A stretch of 64,000 bases of DNA from assembly GCA_022822745.1 (NCBI GenBank), contig JAJEAO010000008.1, forward strand, positions 529 to 64,528, in the 5' to 3' direction. The DNA is from Acidobacteriota bacterium. GTDB taxonomy: Bacteria; Acidobacteriota; Vicinamibacteria; Marinacidobacterales; Marinacidobacteraceae. Position 1 is the stretch's first letter; every line of letters starts with the position of its first letter. The position numbers and the translations under genes were made by a program. The notes below the pieces were generated by a model. That model saw only the letters and a list, made by a program, of their open reading frames with translations. It ran no database searches and was not told the origin of the DNA. This document shows positions 57,907 through 64,000 of the stretch, one piece after another.

Positions 57907-59669
57907 TCCGTGCTCTCCTCTCCGTCGGCCGGGGAACCGAGGAGCTCCCGCACCTCGTCCTCGCGACCGGTCATCTCCCAGCGGATGAGCGAAATCGGGA
58001 TCCATCCGGCCGCCAGGAATTCGTCGTGGAACGCCTTCAGGTCGAAGGCGTCGCCGAGATCGAGCGCCCGGTCCATGAGGAGCTCCTCCATCTGGAGCTT
58101 CCCCATCTGGTAGGCGATGCCGGAGCCCGGGGTGCGGAGGTAGATCTCGGCGTCCACCCTGGCGACGTCCCGATCCATGAAGGGCGTGTTGTCCACCATG
58201 TAGTCCACGGCTTCCTGAACCGTGAAGTCGTTCGTATGCATCAGGGCTTCGGCGCGGTTCCGCACCGCCCGGGCGATCTGGAAGATGTAGTAGAGCTCGC
58301 GGGTGCGCGGCAGCTCTTCGAGCAGACCGGCCTGCAACATCATCTCCTCCAGGTAGAACGCCCACCCCTCGGAACGGCCGCGGTCGCGGTAGGCGGCCCG
58401 GATGGGAGAGCGGTTCGGGCCCGGCTCCCGGTTCCGGAGCAGGGCGTCGAAGCGGTGGCCGGGGATGACCGCGTGGACGTGATCGGGCAGCGGATCCCGG
58501 TACTGGACTTCCTCCCAGAAGTTCCGACGACCGCCGTCGCGGACGATCCACGGCACGTTCGTCCCGAATTCGCCGACGTAGTCCGGGACCGTCAGGATGT
58601 CCCGTTCGACCAGGAACCGCCGGACATGCTCGTCGGCCTCGGCGATCCGGCGGGCGTAGTCCTCGGCGGTCGGCGCCGGATCCACGACCGGAAGGCCCCG
58701 GTTCCGGTGCCGCTCGAGTTCGAGGAAGGCCCACGAGCGATGGAGCTCGCGGTCGCCGATCCGGTTCACGTCGTCCCAGTCGAACGGCATCAGCGCCACG
58801 CGTCGCAGATACCAGTCGTAGTTCTCGCGACCCACGCCGGAGGGCGCGTTCAGCCGCTCCCGGTTTTCGGTGAGCCATTCGTGGAACCCCTCCACGGCGG
58901 CCTGCGCTTCCCGCGCGGCCGGGACCAGTCCGGGATGGTGCGTCTCGAGCTGTCCTGCGAGATCCTCGTACCAGGCGATCGTCCCCGCGGGCGGGACCTC
59001 GCGGTAGGGGTGGCCGTGGCCGACCCCGTCCGCGGTCACCAGGTTGCGGATCGCCAGATCCGTCAGCTCGCCCCCGGCCTCCGTCAGGTTCGTCTCGGCG
59101 AGGGCCAGAAACGCCGGCGCGGCGCCGAGCGCGGCCTCCAGCGCGCCGGCCGCTTCCCCTTCGAGAGGGAAGTCCTGGAAGGCAAGCCGCTGAACCGCGT
59201 CCACGTAGGTTCCCGGATCCCGCGCCCACGGGCGCCGCACCCGGAGGTCGAAGTCGAGCCGGTTCATCCGGGCGGTCACCAGCAGGTGGTCCACCCGTTC
59301 GGAGACGCTCCAGCCCTCGGGAGCGATCCGGTGGAGCCGGTCCCGAAAGTCGTCGAGGCCCTCCCGGAGGCTCGCGATCGTCTCGGGCCGGACATCGGGG
59401 AGGCCTGCGGCGGACCGCGGCCGGGCGAACTCCACGAACTCGTCGTGGAGCGCCACCAGCGCCTGATGGTTCCCGGCGCCGCCGGCCGTTTCTCCGTCGT
59501 TGCCGGCCCGGACAGTTGTTCCACTGTCGCTGCGGGATCCGACAGTTGTTCTGCCGTCGTTGCGGGCCCCGACAGTCGTTCCACTGTTGCCGCCGGATCC
59601 GACTGGCGGTCCGCAGGCGACGGCGAGGAGCGCGGCGAGAGCGACGCCGCCGGGCAGTCGTCGTTTCAT
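57903..59669 (-). CDS. DUF885-family lipoprotein
   Basis: Lipobox LAVAC; PW.RDP, IPGH, EGWAFYLE, YQMGK and FDLKAFHDEFL. Confidence 0.88.
   Translation of the reverse strand: MKRRLPGGVALAALLAVACGPPVGSGGNSGTTVGARNDGRTTVGSRSDSGTTVRAGNDGETAGGAGNHQALVALHDEFVEFARPRSAAGLPDVRPETIASLREGLDDFRDRLHRIAPEGWSVSERVDHLLVTARMNRLDFDLRVRRPWARDPGTYVDAVQRLAFQDFPLEGEAAGALEAALGAAPAFLALAETNLTEAGGELTDLAIRNLVTADGVGHGHPYREVPPAGTIAWYEDLAGQLETHHPGLVPAAREAQAAVEGFHEWLTENRERLNAPSGVGRENYDWYLRRVALMPFDWDDVNRIGDRELHRSWAFLELERHRNRGLPVVDPAPTAEDYARRIAEADEHVRRFLVERDILTVPDYVGEFGTNVPWIVRDGGRRNFWEEVQYRDPLPDHVHAVIPGHRFDALLRNREPGPNRSPIRAAYRDRGRSEGWAFYLEEMMLQAGLLEELPRTRELYYIFQIARAVRNRAEALMHTNDFTVQEAVDYMVDNTPFMDRDVARVDAEIYLRTPGSGIAYQMGKLQMEELLMDRALDLGDAFDLKAFHDEFLAAGWIPISLIRWEMTGREDEVRELLGSPADGEESTE
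59470..59610 (-). repeat. 30-bp tandem repeat (about 4.5 degenerate units) in the DUF885 linker
   Basis: Encodes VGSGGNSGTT-VGARNDGRTT-VGSRSDSGTT-VRAGNDGETA. Confidence 0.8.
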
Positions 59670-59745
59670 GCGGACCCTCCGGTGCGAATGGCGCCCGGCG
59701 GATGCCGGGGAGGGCGGCGCGGCGGCGCCGCCCCAGGCGACCCCA

Positions 59746-62631
59746 TCAGAACTGGAACCGGACTCCGATCCGCATGATGCGGGGAGGCTCGATCCGGGCG
59801 GGCACAAGGAACCGCTCCGAAAGATCCCAGCGCAGCGACTGGATGGCCGTCGTCCGGTTGATGTTCGTCAGGTTGAACACATCCGCGATCACCCCGATCC
59901 GCATGTTGTCCCCGAACGGGAACTGCTTCTCGATCCGCAGATCCACCTTGTTCCGGAAGTCGTGGCGGTAGGTGCCGCGGGGCACCCCGGCGACATCCAC
60001 GAAGCTCTCCACGACCATCCCCGGCACGTCGTCCCGGAAGAAGCGCACGGTGTAGGCGCCGAGCGCCGGATCGGGAGCGAAGTTCTCGGGAGGCTTCAGC
60101 GGGAAGCCGGTCAAGCCCTGGTAGTAGGCGCTCACCACGATATCGAACGGCATCGTGTAGGTGCCCTGGAGCTTGAACTGGTAGGTGGCGTCGAGATCCA
60201 GAGGCCCCTCGGCGTTGATGAGCGTGTTCGGGTTGTCGTAGATGGCGTGACCGCCCCAGGTCGAGCCGTAGCCGTTGCCGATGTTGCCGTACGCCTTCGA
60301 GACGTTCAGCGCCGCCATCAACTGCCAGCCGTCCTCCCAGCGTCGCCGCACGACGAACTCGACGCCGTTGTAGTCGCGGAACAGCGGCCCATCCTGGCCG
60401 GGGTTCGTCAGGAACCGCACCCGACCGGAGCCCTGGAACTCGGGCCGGAGCGCGTAGATCGTCATCGGCGAACCGTCAATGGGGTTCGTGACCGAGAGCG
60501 GGTTGTAGGCCCCGAAGGGAGTCCCGTCGGGCCCGATCCGCCCCACGTCCACCGTCTCCATGACATCCTTCTCGCGCTTGAAGATCCCGGAGACCGAGAG
60601 CACGATGTTGCTTTCGAGCTGATGCTCGACGCCGACGTGGAACGCGTTCACATAGGCGTTCTTCAGGTTCGGATCGGCGCTGCTCGTGTTGGGCTGGATG
60701 GCGTTGCTGACGAGTTCGCCCTGCTCGCCGTCCTGGAACACGAGATCCCCGTTGTGGTCGAGCCATTCGTACTCGTGGTGTCCGCCCGATCGCGGCAGGA
60801 TGATCAGCGTGTCCTGGTTCAGGAGCGGCTTGAAGTACTTGCCGTAACTCGCCTTGATGGAGGTCCGGCCCTCCGCGCCGAGCGCCCACACGAAGCCGAC
60901 TCGCGGCGAGAGGGAGTTGAAGGTGATGAGATCGCGAGTCTCATCGAGGAAGACCTCGGGGAACCAGCGCCCGCCGCCCGAGCTCTGCCTGGGGTACCAG
61001 CCTTCGGTGGCTTCCCAGCGGAGACCCATGTTCACCGTGAGCGCATCTCCGATCGTCCACTGGTCCTGCGCGAACAGCGCCAGCCGACCGATGTTGGTCT
61101 GCTGCAGGTTGATCGGGTAGTTCAGGAGGCGGACGCGGTAGGCGTCCCCGTTGAGCAGCCGCTGCTGCACGTCCTCCCCGTTCGGGAAGAAGAACTCCCG
61201 CTTGAACGGGGAATGCTCCCAGTAGAGGCCGGTCTTGAACTCGTGCGAGCCGCCGAGTCCGGTCCGGAAGTGGGAGAGGGTCAGATGGGCCTGCCGGATG
61301 TCCCGCGCCAGCGTGTTGCCGACGCCGCCGGTGAGCCCTCCGAAGGACTCGCCGGTGCCGATATCCACGTAGCCGACCCGGAAGTCGGAGTTGTTGGGGT
61401 ACTCCTGGTTGAAGGACTTCCAGACTCCGTTGAACCGCCCCTCCAGAATCGTGTCCTGCCCGATGAGATGGGTCGCGTTCAGGTTCACGATCCGCTGGTT
61501 CCGGAAGAAGATGTTCCAGGTCTCGGGATGATCCGCGTTCGAGAAGCTCGTGACGTTCCCCGGCCACTTGTCCTGGTCGCGGGTCGTGAAGGAACCGCTG
61601 AACCGAGTGCTCGGGCCCATCTGCGTCGTGAGCTTGAAGAACGAGTGGGTCTGGTTCGTCTCGAAGGGCTGCGTCGGCAGGAAGGGCTCCTGCTGCTCGA
61701 CTTCGAGGCGGCGGAGGTTGCCGAAGAACCAGGCGCGGTCGCGGACGATCGGCCCGCCCAACGTGCCCCCGTACTCCTGGTTCCTGACCGTGCTCGTGGC
61801 CGCGGGGAGCTGCTCTTCGAGTTCCGGAGTCAGGTTGCTCCACTCGAGCTCCTCTCCCTGGTAGTAGCCGTTGAGCGTTCCGGAGAAGTTGTTGCCGCCG
61901 GACTTCGTGACGAAGTTGAAGACGCCGCCCATGGAGAGTCCGAACTCGGCCGAGATCCCTCCGGTGGTGACCTGGACCTCCTCGATCATGTCGATCGGGA
62001 TCTCGGTCGAGATGTAGCCGACGGTCGTGTCATTGAGCCCCGCCCCGTCGATGTTGAACAGGTTGTCGCGGGGGGAGCTCCCGTGGACCGTCTGCGCCGG
62101 CGTGAACGAGTACTCGCTGTCGAGGACGCCCGGCATCGAGACCAGCAGATCGGAGTAGTTCCGCCCGAGGGGGATGTTCTCGATCAGGTCCACATCCATG
62201 GTGCGCATGGCCTGGTTGCTCTTGACGTCCACGAGCGGCGCCTCGCCGATCACGGTGACCGTCTCCTCCACCCCGGCGGGCGAGAGGGTGGCGTCGAGGC
62301 CGATGTCGGTTCCGGCGCTGACGACCACGCCTTCGAAGGTCACGGTCTGGAAGCCGCCGAGCTCGACGGTCACGGTGTAGGCGCCCGGGGAGAGCAGCGG
62401 AACGCGGTAATCGCCGCGATCCCCGGTCACGCGAGTCTCGGTCTGGATGTGCGACGGGCTGGTGAGCGTCACGGTCGCCCCGGGGATCGCGAGCCCCTGA
62501 TCGTCCGTGACCTCGCCGTAGATCGTGCCGGTCAGCTCCTGCGAGGCGGCCCCGCCGGCCACCAGCAGGAGCGCCAGGCCCAGGGCCAGCGCGGAAGGCG
62601 ACCTCCGGGCCGCCGAATGTCCTCTCAGCAT
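59746..62631 (-). CDS. TonB-dependent receptor (Oar-like, N-terminal carboxypeptidase-regulatory domain)
   Basis: GTIYGEVTD..IPGATVT, TGGISAEFG..VTKSGGN, GGPIVRDRAWFF, FAQDQW and terminal Phe. Confidence 0.95.
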   Translation of the reverse strand: MLRGHSAARRSPSALALGLALLLVAGGAASQELTGTIYGEVTDDQGLAIPGATVTLTSPSHIQTETRVTGDRGDYRVPLLSPGAYTVTVELGGFQTVTFEGVVVSAGTDIGLDATLSPAGVEETVTVIGEAPLVDVKSNQAMRTMDVDLIENIPLGRNYSDLLVSMPGVLDSEYSFTPAQTVHGSSPRDNLFNIDGAGLNDTTVGYISTEIPIDMIEEVQVTTGGISAEFGLSMGGVFNFVTKSGGNNFSGTLNGYYQGEELEWSNLTPELEEQLPAATSTVRNQEYGGTLGGPIVRDRAWFFGNLRRLEVEQQEPFLPTQPFETNQTHSFFKLTTQMGPSTRFSGSFTTRDQDKWPGNVTSFSNADHPETWNIFFRNQRIVNLNATHLIGQDTILEGRFNGVWKSFNQEYPNNSDFRVGYVDIGTGESFGGLTGGVGNTLARDIRQAHLTLSHFRTGLGGSHEFKTGLYWEHSPFKREFFFPNGEDVQQRLLNGDAYRVRLLNYPINLQQTNIGRLALFAQDQWTIGDALTVNMGLRWEATEGWYPRQSSGGGRWFPEVFLDETRDLITFNSLSPRVGFVWALGAEGRTSIKASYGKYFKPLLNQDTLIILPRSGGHHEYEWLDHNGDLVFQDGEQGELVSNAIQPNTSSADPNLKNAYVNAFHVGVEHQLESNIVLSVSGIFKREKDVMETVDVGRIGPDGTPFGAYNPLSVTNPIDGSPMTIYALRPEFQGSGRVRFLTNPGQDGPLFRDYNGVEFVVRRRWEDGWQLMAALNVSKAYGNIGNGYGSTWGGHAIYDNPNTLINAEGPLDLDATYQFKLQGTYTMPFDIVVSAYYQGLTGFPLKPPENFAPDPALGAYTVRFFRDDVPGMVVESFVDVAGVPRGTYRHDFRNKVDLRIEKQFPFGDNMRIGVIADVFNLTNINRTTAIQSLRWDLSERFLVPARIEPPRIMRIGVRFQF

Positions 62632-62657
62632 GAGTCTCCCTCCTTGGTCTGGCTGCG

Positions 62658-62785
62658 CTATGGAGCGCCGCTCTCCACCGGTTCTCCCGGCAGGGGTGCG
62701 GCACGTTGGCGGCGCGTTCCTCCCGCGCGTGACCGAGCGCCGAACTCCGGTCCCGCGCCGGCGCGCCGGACTCCAGTCCGGCAAT
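62658..62785 (+). repeat. REP-like palindromes upstream of the TonB receptor
   Basis: CTATGGAGCGCCGCTCTCC..CCGGTTCTCCCGGCAGGGGT..GGCAC and CGCCGGACTCCAGTCCGGCA. Confidence 0.7.
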
Positions 62786-63616
62786 TCGGCGCCAATCCTC
62801 CGGCGTCCCGGCCACCGCGCAGCAGCCGGAGCGCGGCATGGACGACGGAACGGAACACGGTCTCTCTGCCGCAATCAGACAGCGCGGGGCCGCACACCGT
62901 CAAACGCGACGGGCCGCCCAAGTCGTTGACACATCGCTCTCCCGGTCCGGGATGTGGCCGTGCTCATGGAATGTTCATCGCTTTTTCACCGATCTGTCAC
63001 ACTCCTTGCGCTAACCGATTGAGGAGTGCACATGGTCGAAACTTCCGGCTCGTGCGGCGCACCGTTGCTTTCGCAGGGACGGATCGACTATTTCTCCGGC
63101 GACCGGGCGTTGTTCTGGGCGTCCCGCGCGGTGACCCCGCGTCGCGCGATCGCCGCGAGATGGACCGCCACTCCCGAGCAAGCCTGGCTTGGCCGGGCCG
63201 GGTTCGAGACTCCCATGATTTCGACGGCGCCAGGCTCAACCCGGCAGCAGTCGCGCCGCCCCGAGAGCGATCACGCGGGCCTGCCGACGGTCCCGTCGTG
63301 CCCCCCAGACACTCCGGAGTGAGAGCCAGATGACACCCTGGCCGCGTGGCCTCGGTCTCCCAGCCCTACATCCGCCCAGAGCTGCGCTGCGATGTCGTCC
63401 AGATACTCGCCGTGACCCGGCTGCGGAGCGGCGCACCACGACGATCGCGATGACTAGTGCGGCGCGCAAGGGACAGATCCATGCAGGGATGGATCATGCC
63501 AGTCAATTCACTCCGTGTGGACACCTGTCGCAAGTCGCGTCCCAGCGTCGCTCCCCGCAATGCATCAAACGGCACACGGAGGGACGCCGCAAGGCAAGTT
63601 GGCCGGACCCGGATGT

Positions 63617-64000
63617 TCACGCATCGGTCGGGCGGGGGCCCGGGCGAATCCCGCCACCTTGGATTGTATGGATGTGGCCTGCCTCGATGAGATGCTTCTT
63701 GATCCGATCAACCTGCCTTTTGTGCCCCAAGTCGTCGAAGTCTGTCCTGCCAGCTCTCCTGCGATGATGTACTTCCACGTACATGTCCTCTGCGAGAGCC
63801 TTCTCGTCCGGCGTGAGGTCTAGTGAGGCAACGGCATGCGCGGCGACATCCATTGTCGAACTGTCATGAAGGAAAGGATCCGCCCTGAGCCAGCGTCTGA
63901 GCTTTCGCAGTGCACCATAGTCCTGACGTGCGACAAAGTCGTGGAGTGACGCTGGATCTGGCGTCGCCCGAGTGGCTGGAACGATCTCTCGCCAAGTGCC
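63617..64000 (-). CDS. 3' end of a hypothetical gene starting beyond the window
   Basis: The frame of ORF 63617..63853 stays open to position 64000 (GTWREIVP..); AT-richer segment. Confidence 0.55.
   Translation of the reverse strand, partial: GTWREIVPATRATPDPASLHDFVARQDYGALRKLRRWLRADPFLHDSSTMDVAAHAVASLDLTPDEKALAEDMYVEVHHRRRAGRTDFDDLGHKRQVDRIKKHLIEAGHIHTIQGGGIRPGPRPTDA

Noticed and set aside
59500-63333. 1277-aa plus-strand ORF (and similar long ORFs such as 22951..25194, 36557..38941, 49769..52006, 54380..56314)
   Set aside because: Antisense or alternative-frame shadows of well-supported genes in high-GC DNA; no motifs.

Overview
GC-rich bacterial window. The gene content (TPR+VWA pair, Oar-type TonB receptor, Trx7/PDZ protein, DUF885) suggests Acidobacteriota or a similar lineage, which is an inference. 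The left 23 kb is a defence/mobile-element region. It holds IS1634, IS1380 and IS481 remnants, a three-gene ubiquitin-like operon (Ubl, E2-like/E1, DUF6527) and a Swt1-type HEPN gene. It also holds a ~16.7 kb island bounded by a diverged copy of the 3' end of a DUF2272 gene; the island carries an HTH-SNF2-DUF3883 / DUF1156 / DUF499 restriction-like system with an inserted trypsin-like protease and a MAD3/MAD4-like ATPase-TOPRIM pair. The middle has an aldehyde dehydrogenase, tRNA-Pro/Arg/His, an ArsS/CMD/Zn-ADH operon and three DUF4143 ATPases, each behind its own palindrome. An AAA+DUF3226 pair there is split by a 1553-bp transposase-less IS1595-type cassette (perfect TIRs, 8-bp TSD) carrying an orphan gene, and an unknown TM+vWA pair follows. 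The right part has a CxxU selenoprotein that the ORF track splits, with a SECIS-like hairpin, then mobA and fdhF/ydeP. It ends with a TonB receptor-DUF885-3x GGT-like operon whose hydrolases have Ser in place of the catalytic Thr. Family calls come from motif recognition only; no searches were run.
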